Assembly: GCA_040285855.1 (NCBI GenBank)
Contig: JAUFOQ010000004.1
Span: 1,860,001 to 1,924,000, forward strand
DNA length: 64,000 nt
Direction: 5' to 3'
DNA from: Eukaryota sp. GEM-RC1
Taxonomy: Eukaryota
The number at the start of each line of letters is the position of its first letter. The stretch's first letter is position 1. The position numbers and the translations under genes were made by a program. Below the pieces are notes generated by a model that had not been told where the DNA came from, searched no databases, and saw nothing but the letters and a program-made list of their open reading frames with translations. This document shows positions 49,301 to 62,429 of the stretch, piece by piece.

Positions 49301-52217
49301 AAACTCCAAATCGAAGTTGTTCAGCAATTTGTTGAGCAGTCACTCCATTGACTTGTAATGACTCAAGACCATCTCGGAGTGGAAGAAAAACTCCTGCCTC
49401 AATCCTAGCAACTTGTATAGGAATTGATTCCATCCATCTAAGAATGAAGTCACGAACACTGAGCCGTGAGGTAGAGCCAGGAGAATATGTAGATATAGGT
49501 GGGGAATCAGCAGATGAGACCTTGATGGTAAATGAACTAGGACTAGAGATGAATCCATCAGTTTCGAGTTCATTGATTGAAGTTTGTAAAAAATTTTCAA
49601 TAGCTAAATGGTTATTTGGAGTGACAACATTCAACACGTGTTTCTGAACTAGTAGTGGTAAAGTAGGATTCGACTGGGTAAGAGCAAATTTTCTGATTGA
49701 TTTGGAAATGGTTTCCAAGACATTGCTTGAACGATTTGAAACGTCATCAGGAGATCGAATATCTTTTTACGTAAATAAGCAGGAGATAGCTGGAAGGAAA
49801 TTGACAAATCAATACAAGTAAGTTGATCTTCATCAAGAATCAATAGCTTGGAACTGTCATCTGTTTCATACAACTGAAAGGATGGACTTGAACTATTAAT
49901 ATTGAGTGGAAGTTCTTCTTTTAGAGGATGAAAAAGATTACCATCTCGGCTATCAGATGAGGAAAGAATTCTGAAAGAAAGTGTCCATGAATCATATTTT
50001 TGTAGATCATAAGTAAAAGATTAGACTTAATCGATCGAATCCAAAGTGAATCTCTGTCAATTTCTTGGGGTAAAGGAATATCTGTGTCGTCGAAGGTCAA
50101 ATATTTAAAATCAGCGAAAACAAAATCACTGGTTGTATCCAATGCAACGACTTTAGATCCTTCAGAATACAAGGCAAGTTTAAGTAGTACAGGATCCCCA
50201 CTTTGAAGTAGGGAATCGTGATACCTTCCAGATTCAGATAAGTTGATAGTTTTCTGAGGTTGAACAAATTGTCTCGCAGTGTGGTCAATGATAAAAGTAC
50301 TAAGTAAATGATCAGAATTCTCCATCCAGTAGATCACTAAAGTCTTAGTAATTGGATCAAAATCAGCTAGAACAGTTCTCTTTTGGTCATCTTCCATAAA
50401 TATCTCTTGAAAATGGTCAGGATCAGAGTTTAACAATCCAAATTTAGTACTAGTACTAGTTGATAGAATCAATAGAACAAAATCTTCATCAGTGAAAAAG
50501 TTGATGACTTTATAGGTAGAATCGACTCTGGGAACGACAATTTTAGAAACAAATTCGTCATCAGAAATCAGATTTGATAGTCGAGAAGCGTCAACAGAAG
50601 AAGACAACAACTGAGAAAACGTCAGCGAGTAACCCATAAGTTCCTGACAGTTCAATAATGGGTAAGCAAAGTCTGAACATACAAGTAAAGGTTTGCCACT
50701 CTCCCTAAGTAACAGTTCCTCAACATCTTCTCTGACTGTTTCCAACATCGATTGGCTTTCGTCGACAAGTTCATCTTCCCGTTCCAACAACACAGCAAGT
50801 AGAGGTTCATAGTGTCTATCAACAGAATCTGCCACAATTGAGTTGACGTCATTATTTGGGCTACCTAATACTTGGCTAAGAATGTCTCTCTTAAGCTCGG
50901 ACACGCCTGTTAGGCGTTTCATGTTTTCAATAGAACGTTGAAGATTAACTCTTGATTGGTTAAATTGTTCTTCTTGTAGACTAGGACCAGTTTCAATTCC
51001 AAGACAAGGCGAAACAAGACATAAAGGGCAGACATCATTTGAAAACAATTCTCCACAACTAGTACAAACACAATTCTTACAACAAGTAAATCTGTGGACA
51101 CAATTAGGATCTTTGCATATAGAACAAGTAGGGTTAAAAGAGATTTCAGAGACAGATCTCTCCAGTAAGGTCAACCTTTGAACAAACTCTGTCACTTCTA
51201 AACGCATAGTTTCCTCCAAATCATGCTTTTCATTAGATTGCTCCTGAATTTCATTGCGACAGTCACTTAATTCAGTATCCAATTCTGACTCATTTTTAAA
51301 GAACTGTTCAAGTATTCCCTTCAATTCATGGCTAGAAGTGTTAGTAGCATAAGAGATCGACTTGTATAACTCTGCCAGAACGTCAGTGACTTCTTCATCT
51401 GACAGTGTACCAAAAGAAACTCTGAAGTGATCAATCATTTGAAAAAGTTCTGTATTCTGAATCTTCTTGGGTTCACTTACATTACTTTTCTCCATCACTC
51501 CAAACATTGTTCCATTGGGGGACAGACGGTAGTGGACATCTAGTAGTGGGTCACTGGAATTGGGAAAACCAAATGTTCGAATATTGTCTATTCTGAAATC
51601 ATCTGGAACCAGTTCTTTTGTTATGGGAGTGAATGACCTTCCAATGCGGCGGGGGGTGTCATTCAGATCTGGTGATTCCGGAAGGACGAAAAAGATGTCA
51701 CTACAAAACTCGAAAAGAAGACGAAGGAAGGTGATGATTGGAGAAGATTGAGGAGAAAAGAGAAGATCGCCAGGCCAGAGAATGAAGGTGAGTTGGTCAT
51801 CATCCAGAGCAAGGTATAGTCCAGGGGAAGGAGAAACAGACTTAAAGAAGTGGTAACAAGATGGGGAATTTCGGGAGAGAAAATCTAAAAGTCCATCTTG
51901 AGGACCACAAAAGCCTACACTGGGCAGAGGAGTCGGAGGGATATATTCGAAGTGTATGTTACCGCTGGGAGAGTCCGGAGCATAAAAGGAGACAAATCGG
52001 AGGACTTCCTCTCGGCTGTTCATGATTTTGTCTTCTACCGGGTTAAGACAGGCAACTGTGATAAAATTCTCTTCGATGTTGTCGAATCGATTCAATTCAA
52101 AGGGGATAGGATTCCTATATTTAGTGGATTAGGGTGGCAAACATACACATGTTCATATTCATTGGTTGGACTCTCATTGGGAGAAAAGTAATCGTAGTCG
52201 TCCACACTGTCAGACAT
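46322..52217 (-). CDS. Giant (~1960 aa) RING-like + GBP/VLIG-like GTPase + Cys/His-rich + vWA protein, copy 1, about six frame breaks
   Basis: CSIC...CCKNCVCTSC...CPLC; G1 GGQSSGKS, G2 GRTTQG, G3 DLEG, G4-like PRD; Cys/His array; vWA MIDAS DTSGS...GGTSF...LSDG. The ORF pieces overlap at homopolymer runs. Confidence 0.85.
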
Positions 52218-52274
52218 TGGATGATCAGATGGGGGAGTGTAAAATTTGAATTTTACTTTTAATTCACTACCACA

Positions 52275-53270
52275 CAGGGGTTTGAAATATGGCATGGGCC
52301 ATATTATGGATTGTGTCCAAATCATTTGCCGCCATAATGGCCATAATCAATTACGCTTCCCATACTTATGGCCATTATGGACCCCATAACAACAACAACA
52401 ATACAGCTTTATTTTTAATACAAAATAACAAGGAATCACACCTTATATAACATATCTGAAGCTCCAATCTATAATAACCTCTTCTTCATCATTGTCATCT
52501 CTCAAAATGAATAAAACAGTTTCCTGATCCCACTGGTCTTTGTGAATCAATAAAACAAAAGCTGCCTTTCAAGATTTGCATTAGTTAGAGAAGAACCATA
52601 GCAAAACCATTAGCTGTCGCGCACGACTGAAGAGTCGTTCGACTGGTTTGGGTATACTGTCACCTGTTGAAATGGGAAACACTGACTTCTCACTTCCTTC
52701 TACACAACTTACAATAATTAGTGTAAGTGAAACTAATTGTTGCAAAAACTGATGGGAAATACTTTTGGCTACAAATAGTGTAACTTTCGAAAAACTGTGT
52801 AGTTTGTTCTTCGTATTTGCTATATTCTCGACCAACTGAATCACTGGCTTTTACCTCTTGACCTTCTTCTACTGAGGCCCAAACTTGACGACGATCAGTA
52901 ACTTGGTCAAGACTCGGTATTCGAGCCTTCTGTTTTGGGGGGAGGTTGGATAGTGTGTTAAGATAATTAACTGACAACAATAATACAACAATGTATTTCC
53001 ACTCAATCTAGTAAAATTGATCAACAGTTTTTGTCAAGGAATATATTTTATAAGTTTTACCGAACACAGAACCCTAAAATCCACTGTTTAAATGTATTTA
53101 TTACTACTGTTTCCACATAAGTTGGTCAATTGAAATATAGAAATTATGGACCCCCATATATGGCCATGATATGGGACGACTAGCCATAATTGATTTTGAC
53201 GTTCCATACTTATGGTATGGCCATTATAGGGAATTATGGATATGGGTCCATGCCATATTTCAAACCCCTG
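52275..53270. mobile_element. Non-autonomous hAT transposon, 996 bp
   Basis: 23-bp TIR CAGGGGTTTGAAATATGGCATGG; 8-bp TSD CTACCACA; subterminal ATGG/CCAT repeats; minus-strand remnant PVERLFSRA (hAT dimerisation domain). Confidence 0.93.
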
Positions 53271-53416
53271 CTACCACACATCAAGATACTATTGAAGGGT
53301 TCCTCATTGATCATAATAGAAGCATAGATTCCTGACAGGGTCATATGTGATCACAATCAATCTGCATCACAGTTCTTGGAAAGGAAGAACAAAGTGATGA
53401 AATGAAAACTTTGTTC

Positions 53417-55272
53417 CAGGGGTGGGAAACAATAATGCAATAAATATAAATATTTTTTAGCCACAAAATAGATATTGCAATTCTGAAATAGTGCCGATAA
53501 ATATTGCAACTATTCGACCAATATTGCAGTATTGCAATATTGCAACAATATGAATCATATTATGTATTTATTACCATAGTTCAGATATACACGGGTTTGA
53601 TTTTTCACTAAGTAACAATTGTATATACAGTTCATACACACATACATCAACAAATACATGTATATAAAATACTTGATTCAACAACGAGTCTGATCATCAG
53701 CCACAACACGTTTAACCGTCTTTTTTGTGTTCTTTCTTCTTTTTACACCTGCTTCTGTGGATACAGATGCCATGATCACGTCCTCCTCCATTTCCGGGCA
53801 GAAACCAGATAATCCATCATCATCATTTACCGTAATCTCTTCACTTTCGTCTTCAACATTGATTTTTGGCACCTCTTCAAACGCTTCGTTTAAGTCAAAT
53901 AAATATTTACAAGAACTGAGGTTAATAAGTGAAATATCATTTGGAAATCGATTAACAAATTCAAAAATGAAATTTTTCCGCCCCCTAAAAAAGCAGGTTT
54001 ACAAAGCATTGGTAAAACCAATACCACCAAAATGAGCAGAAGTAAGCAAAAGTAAGCAGAAGTAAGCAGAAGTAAACAAGTGACTTCTATGTAACGTTGA
54101 ATCAACTTCTAACAATGAAGCAAAATATTTAATCCTCAACTCGTTAAAAGATCTAGAAAAATTCGGAGCGATTGCAGGAGCTGTATATCTAAAAAGATGT
54201 GTAATTTTTACGGAGTAGCAAATTTTTAAAATATAAAACTTCATGTGTTTTTCAATATCATATGAAGAAATTTTGTTGAGATCTGGGGGAATTTAGCCTA
54301 GCCCATTTCAATTGGTCAATGACCTGAATCCTTGTCCTTGACAATGGATTAATACAGTCTGGTCATCCAGTAGACTCTAACAAGTTCGTAAACATGTAAC
54401 TGAACTCACAGACAAATACATGCCGTTAACCAACATCTTGGGACATTTTTATATACACTGTATATACAGATTTTCTGTATATACAGTGTATACAGTGTAT
54501 ATGTAGATCTGAACTATGTTTATTACAAAAAACTCACATATTCTATTGTTCATCATCATCATCATTTTATTTGTACTTATCTTATTATGTGTTTTTCTCC
54601 GCACATAAATCCGTTTTTTTTTCATCATCAGAAATATCCGAAATAATCTCAATACCATTATCTACATCTTCGAATTTGTATTTTGTACTGCTCATGATAT
54701 GTCTTAAAGTAGCTTCATCCCAAAAGTCACTGTTATCCTTCATCATTATTTGCATTTCAAGACTCGAAGACTTAAGAGAAAATCTGGCCTTTTATCCGAG
54801 TGATTGGGAACAAGATCAGCAACAGAAGAATCAAACATATCAAAGACCTTAAGTCCAAAATATCTCTGAATCATAGAGACAGCGGAGTTCCACCGTGTAG
54901 CAATTCTCTTTTGAGGTTTCAGGGTCGTTACAGTGGACAGCACCATAGCATTCTTGATATGTCTTAGCTCAGTATAAAGCTTGTCAATTTTCAGCAAGGC
55001 GTGTTCATAAGATTTAGAAAAGAAGAAATTTCCAGTGCGAACCGGTAGTTAACAGTCGAACCGAGCTCAAATGACAGACATTATGACAATACACCAACTA
55101 GAAATCATTACCGATAAAGCAACTCTCATTATATTTAAACACATAAGACAACAAAAATGGTTTTGGAAGTCCAAATGGTGATGCAAAACAACGAAATGAA
55201 CAACTCGAAGTATATTGACCAATATTGCAATAATTAACCGGTATAACAATCAATATTGATTTCCCAGCCCTG
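53417..55272. mobile_element. Defective hAT transposon, 1856 bp
   Basis: TIR CAGGG(G/C)TGGGAAA; 8-bp TSD CTTTGTTC; subterminal ATATTGCA repeats; minus-strand remnant IATRWNSAVSMIQRY. Confidence 0.92.
53865..54285 (-). mobile_element. CRE-like fragment nested in the hAT element
   Basis: Homologous to about 44265-44630 (KITHLFRYTAP...FASLLEV...HFGGIGFT). Contains a 4 x 10-bp AGCAGAAGTA expansion at 54035-54074. Confidence 0.8.
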
Positions 55273-55954
55273 CTTTGTTCCGTTCGATGCCTAAGATTTC
55301 ACTGATTGATCATAAGCCCCGATTTTTTATATTGACAAAGTTTTATAAAAACTATGGTTCTGTTGACCAGGAATTTTGTGTGTCTAGTGTTTCATAGCTT
55401 TTGTAATGATATGTATTTTCGTACTCTCCATCAATAAACTGCGTTTAAGTGATGAAATTGAATGTATGAAGAATAACGGTGATATCCTAATCAACTCTTC
55501 AGTAGCATCAAGACAAAGATCAGTTGTTTTTTGAGAAACCATTTGTAAGTTAAACCATAAGGATAATTACTGTTGAAAATAAAACATGATGAATTTTGGT
55601 GTATGCGAATGCACAAATTATGTACAAACAACCCCACACAAAAACAGAAGCAAAAAGACGTACCGTTAAAATAATACTTACCTTAATACGATCTACCTAA
55701 TTTCAACAGGAAGTTGCCATTAAACAGCTTAATCAAAACGGAATGAATGTATATTTATAGATATCATCTCATATAAATATTAATTGTGATATAGGAAATG
55801 ACATCATCGATTCCGAACAGAATCATACAACACATGGAGGACTGAAACTATCAATTATTTGACTAAAAACTTTTAAAAAAACTATATTTGGATAACATCA
55901 GACTACATGATACAAACCGAAATTCTTCAAATCAATCGACAATTTATATACTAA

Positions 55955-58900
55955 TCACACAAAACTACAGTCTGGTTGTACAGAAATGGAAACAAAAGCA
56001 TTGCAGAGCGAAACAGTGTCAGTCGTACCGTGAAACTGGCCATTGCCCAGAACGGCAATCTCACGTAAACGACTTTCATCAGCATCGTCTCCAAAACCAA
56101 TAGCGTGAATAACAGTTTCTGGAAAAAGCAGTAAATGATTGTTAATAACATCGTCACAAACTTCAGAACCACCACAATCCTGTCCATCAGAAAGGAAGAT
56201 AAAGATAGGAGTATAACTAGGAGTTAACTCTTTTTGACACGTGTCAGAAGCAGCCTGGAAACCAGTGCAGAACGAGGTCCAACTCGCAGGACATACATGG
56301 TTCAATAAAGACCGGACGTCCGGCTTGGCAACACTTGATGCAATTAATGAAGCCTCAGAGTGGAAACTGATAAAAGAAAACAAATCACTTGGATTTTGTC
56401 GGACTCTTTTCGATGTATAGTGATAAATAGCTTCAATTACTGCACCAAACTTATTTCTTTGAGTTATCCACGGTAGTGTTGGAGAGGCGCTGTCATCATA
56501 CATTGACCCACTCTGATCAATAATGAAGAACGTGTGAAAGCGATCACCATCGTGAGAACAAGAGAAACCGTGACCATCCCTAGAGATGTATCTGACAATC
56601 TTCCCATTAGGAAGGGCATAAGGCAGTTCCACTTGGTATGGTTCGTGAAAGACCTCGAGCTCACAGAAGACGTCATCATCATGATCAGCTCCACATTTTG
56701 AAGGACATTTCTTGAAGAGCTCAATATCTGATGATTGAAAGTCGGGATCAAACTCAAGGATACACTCCCAATAAGCTTCACAAGTCACTTCAAAATAGAC
56801 ACAATCCTCACCATATTTTTTCTTTTTCTTGAATACGTTTAGCACTTTCAGGCACATTGACAATTTTAGGATGATCTACTGGTACTAAATGGATATGACC
56901 TCGACCAAACTCTCTACAGGAATGAGTACACGTCAAAGCAATACCAGAATCACCTCTTCCAAAGGTTCCAATACTTCCAACTTTGACTTGTTGAGCTGAT
57001 GAAACCAATCGAAGGTTCCTCATATTACCATGAGTAGCTGAATGAGGACCTTCGTGATCAACAGGCTTGGTACAAAAATAGCCACAAGATTCACATCTGA
57101 AGTCACAATAATGAACACGGTCATCACAATAACAATTACCTTCATGAGAAGTAGAAGTTTCAGTAAGGGGTTTCCCACACAATTTTCTTTTCGCATTTTG
57201 TTCTGAGGAAAGTTTGTAGTGGATTTGATCACCTGTAGCAGTGGTATAAACTTTTGTTTGTTGTTTCCAAATGAGTAAGCACTTCACAATTTCCACGTTT
57301 TTGACATTCAGTAGGACACGTATGTTCATTACCACATAAGTGCTGGTCCGAATTAGGTGCATGATTAAGCACACCATAACGTGAACAAAGAGGACACTTC
57401 TTACCACAGTGATGACGTTCATGAGGGACATTCAGGAATTCTCGGCAGGGAGCATCACATCCTTCATGACTACACGTCTGGTCACAAGGATGAGTTTCAA
57501 GGGGATTACAAAGAGAACAATCACCAGTACAAGCATGATCACCAAGACATTCACAAGATCCTTCATGATTATGTAAAAGAGAGCACTCAAGATTACAGCT
57601 CATTGACTGTGCATGAATCTGTTGAGTACATCTACTTCTACAAAGTCTAAAATTTAAAGTTAAAATGTCCAATTTCGTTTTAATGTCATTTAATAACCTA
57701 GTAAAAACTGATTCTGTGGCATAACCAGATGACTTAGTATTAAACCACTGTGTTATGGCTTCTTTACGACGAATTAAAAGTGCAGCAAGAAATGAGTCAA
57801 ATAACATTTGGTCAGCACGGTGTTTTTGAATAAGAACACGTGCTTCGAATAATTTAATAAGTCGTTGTAAAATGAGGTGAGGGTAATCAACGTCACTTGA
57901 TTGAAGGGTGTTTGGTACACCAAGAATTATTCCACTATCAGGCAAATTACTGAGCTCAATACAATCTGAGCTGTTTACAGTTAAGCCACCTGGTGCTGTT
58001 AATCGACTTCTTTGATTTTGATTGATTGGTAGAGGTATAGTCAGACTGTCATAATTAGGATATTGAGAATGAACTTGTCCTCTCTTTACCCAGTGATCAA
58101 GATCTTGAGGACCAGAAACATCATCTGAATTTAGCTGTGAAGGACCAATCATTCCCGCAGCAATGACGTCATGTAACGAGGATTGAACTTCATCTACTTG
58201 TTGTCGCAGAGAAGATTCATACATTGACGAGAAGTCTTGGACATAAAGTTTAGCTAAAAGAAGGGTAGCGGTTTGGTGGAAAATTGAAACACTTTCAAAT
58301 CTAGGGATATCAACAGCATGAGGATTACCGTCTAACATTGGGCTAATTTCACTCAATAAAAAACCAACTTTTTCACTATAATCATTAAAACAGGCATAGC
58401 TAGGCCAAGGATCAACTTCAGTAGTAGGAAAGATGGAAAGAGCGTGTCTTTGAACTCCGTTTCTTGAATTTAGAGACGCATTCCAGAATTCACGTAGATT
58501 GATGTCAAAAGCATCGAGAACTTCGTCAGCTGCATCGTCAGATACATCTCTGGGAGTCATTAACAGAGTTCCCTTGAAAAGTTCATCTCCTTTTGGTAAG
58601 ACTAGTGAAGCGTCAGACCAACTATTTAAACAACTCTGAATAAACTGGTCAAAATGATGTGTTGTTCGTAAAACAAAGTATTGAGCTAGAGCTGCCCCAA
58701 ATAGTGATTGATAGCAATCCTCTTGAGCTGTTCTCTCAAAACTTCCTAATCCTTCTAGATCGATTGCAATCCACATTCTATCGGCAAAAACACGAACTCC
58801 AAACCAAACACCTTGAGTTGTTCTACCTCCACTCACATCAAAGAAATGATTGAACATGTGATTAAGGAAAGTGCTTTTTCCAGATGATTGACCACCGGCA

Positions 58901-61900
58901 CATACAATAACAGAGACTGGAAGATGTGAATAAGCTGAAAACAACAACTCAAAAACTCCAAATCGAAGTTTTTTAGCTATTTGTTGAGCAGTCACTTCAT
59001 TGACTTGTTCCATTTGCAGCCATTGAGAGGAGTCATGACCATCTTGGAGTGGAAGGAAAACTCCAGCGTCAATCCTAGCAACTTGTATAGGAATTGACTC
59101 GATCCATCTAAGAATGAAGTCACGAATATTTAGTTTTGAGGTAGAAGAAGAATATGTAGAAGTGACATTGATTTTAAAAGGCTTAGAGATAAATCCATCA
59201 GTTTGAAGCTTGTTGATGGAATCCTTCAGAATTCGAGAAATTGTCACATGATTACTAGGACTAATAACAGTAAGCTCATGATGGTCAACTATTGTTGGTA
59301 GATGTTTACTAGATTGGCGAAGGGGAAATTTGTTGATACTTTTTGGAATAACTTCTAGAAAACTATTGGAATTTTGAGGTATATTGCAATTTCCAATATC
59401 CTTCTTGTGTAAGTACAAAGATGATGATTGTAAAGAAATCAACAAATCAATACATGTTAGTTGATCTCCATCAAGAATCAATAGCTTGTAACTATCTCTT
59501 GTTTCATACAACTGAAAGGAAGGAGTGAAAGTAGTAATAGTAAGTGGAAGTTCGTCTTTTAGAGGTTGAAGAAGACTAATGCCACTTCTACCAGCTGTAG
59601 ATAGAAAATTACATGAAAGTTTCCATGAACCATGTTTTTGTAGATCATAAGTAAAAGAGTCGATTTAAGTGATCGAATCCAAAGTGAATCTCTGTCAATA
59701 TCTTGGGGTAAAGGAATAGCTGTGTGACTCAATGTGAACGATTTATCATCATCAACGAAAACAAAATGATTGGTAGTGTCCAATGCAACGACTTTAGATC
59801 CTTCTGAATACAAGGCAAGTTTAATAAGAACAGGATCCCCACTTAGAAGTAGGGAATCGTGATACCTTCCTGAAACAGATAAATTGATAGTTCTTTGAGG
59901 TTTAACAAATTGACTCGTGTTATGATCAATAGTAAAAGTACTGATGAAATGATTAGAATTCTCCATCCAATAGATCACTAAAGTCTTAGTATTTGGATCA
60001 AAATCAGCTAAAACAGATCTCTTTTGGTATTGTTTAATAAATCCTTCCTTGGGATGATTAGGGTCAGTCTTTAATAGCCGAATTTCAGTACATTTACTAG
60101 TTGAAAGAATCAATAAAACAAAATCTTCATCAGTACAAAAATTGATGACTTTGTAAGTAGAATCGACTCTGGGCATGTGAATTTTAGAAGTCAAATCATC
60201 GTTAGAAATCAAATGCGACTGGTATGACTCATCAAAAAGGAAGGTGGAATTTGAGAAAACATCAGGGAATTTTCTTTTGAACTCCTTTCACAGTTTAATA
60301 CACCATTATGTAGACTTTTACAAACCAGTAATGGTTTGGTTTTGTCACTACAAAAATGATTGCTGAAATTGTTCCTAATTGATTGTAACAACTTCTGACT
60401 TTTATCAACAATTCCTTCTTCCAATTTAGAAGCAGCAACAAGTGTAGGCTCATAGTGGTTAGTAACTGCACTCGTGATAGCTTCTTCTACAATTGAGTTA
60501 ATCAGAGGTCCATCGTTGTTGTCCAAAATGTGACGAATAATATCACTTTTTAGTAGCGATTGAACAGTTGACTGTGGAGGATTCAGTTCATTGCTGATTA
60601 TAACTGCAATTGCTTTAACAAAATTACCTCTCAACCCCTGAAATTGTTCTTCTTGAAGACTAGGACCAGTTTCAATTCCAAGACAAGGTGAAGCAAGACA
60701 TAAAACGCAAAAATCATTATTTGCAAGCATATCTCCACAAGTATTACAAACACAATTCTTACAACAAGTAAATCTGTGGACACAATCAGGATCTTTGCAT
60801 ATAGAACAAGTAGGGTTAAAAGAGATTTCAGAGACAGATCTCCTCAGTAAATTAAATTTCTGAATAAATATAGTCACTTCTTGACGTAATGTTTGCTCCA
60901 AATCACTTTTGTCTTTGAATTGCTCCTGAATTTCATTGCGACAGTCAGTTAAATCAGTATCCAATTCTGACTCATTTTTAAAGAACTGTTCAAGTATTCC
61001 CTTCAATTCGTAGCTAGTGTTGGTATAATTTCCCATTGACTTGTGTAACTCTGAAAGAACTTTCTTAACTTTTTCATCTGATAGCGAATCAAAACAAACT
61101 CTGAATTGATCAAGAATTGGCCATAGTTCTGAAATTTTAATCTTTTGATCAGATAATACTAATGACCTAACTTCCAGAACACCAAACTTTGTTCCATTTG
61201 GGGATAAATGACACTCAACAACTGGATCATTAAAGCTGGGAATCTCAAACAACTGTGTAGAACTTACTTGGAAATCGTCCGGTGTCAACTCATGTTTTTC
61301 AGCTGTGAATGATCGTTTGACTTTACGTGGACGCTTAGCCACAACTTCAAGCTGGGAGGCGATTGTTTCAGAAAGAATGAAGAAGATGTCACTACAAAAC
61401 TCCAAAAGAAGACGCATGAAGGTGAGAATTGGAGAAGACTGAGGAGAAAATGGAAGATCGCCAGGCCAGAGAATGAAGGTGAGTTGGTCATCATCCAGAG
61501 CAAGGTATAGTCCAGGGGAAGGAGAAACAGACTTAAAGAAGTGGTAACAAGATGGGGAATTTCGGGAGAGAAAATCTAAAAGTCCGCCTCGAGGACCACA
61601 AAAGCCTACAGTGTCAAGAAGAGTCTGTGGGATTGAGTCGAAGTCTATGGTGTTCTTTTGATAATTGACGTATTTGGGATCTATACACAGTTTTGCAAAA
61701 CGAAGAACCTCTTCTCTGATGTTGAAGATCTTGTAGACAAAGTCCTCGCCTGTTTTATCATGTTCAAGGGTGGCAACTACAATGATGTTGGAGAAGCGAT
61801 CTGTTTTAGTCTTAAGATCAGACTGGGTAGAATTTGATGAGATCGAGTTGGTGTCGACACTAAAGTTAGGGAGAGGGAGGTAGAATCATACATAATCTGT

Positions 61901-62336
61901 TGTGAAGAACTAACATCAGGAGAACATGAGCGGTGTAACAAGACTTCAGCATGTGATGGGAAAGTGAATGGGATCGCGCCAGTTGGAGGAAATGAAACGG
62001 AAGGAGATGAGAGGAATGAGTGAAATGGTGCCCTTTCAGGAGGAGAAGATGCAACTTGGGAAGTTTCTGGAGGAGAAAACATGTATTGGATTGGTTCTTC
62101 TGGTTCCCCAGATTCTGATTCAGAATCATCGTGAGGTACATGGATAAAAGATCTAGCCAAAAGGATAATTGTCCAAACACAGAAGGAGACTGTGCCGAAA
62201 AGAAAGACGAACGAGGGGAAAACTGATCTACAGATAAGACTTCTCCTGGGACTTCTTCAGGGGGTTGAGGGGCAACTTCTTCATCAGATTTAGCAGATAC
62301 AACTAGATCGGCCTTGAAGAGAGACCTGAGAGACAT
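55955..62336 (-). CDS. Giant (~2120 aa) RING-like + GBP/VLIG-like GTPase + Cys/His-rich + vWA protein, copy 2, about six frame breaks
   Basis: Collinear paralog of 46322-52217 with the same G motifs; MIDAS DQSGS...WTSF...LSDG; longer Ser/Pro/Glu-rich N-terminus. Confidence 0.85.
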
Positions 62337-62429
62337 TTAAGAGCAATTGGCTGGACAGACTGGACAGTAGTGGTAAAATTTTGACTTAAAATGCAAAAAA
62401 TGTTAATTATTATTAAATGATCATCAATG

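Noticed and set aside
46322..62336. Reading the GTPase region as an operon of a dozen small genes
   Set aside because: The ORF pieces overlap at homopolymers, and several breaks in one paralog are continuous in the other, indicating two single long genes.
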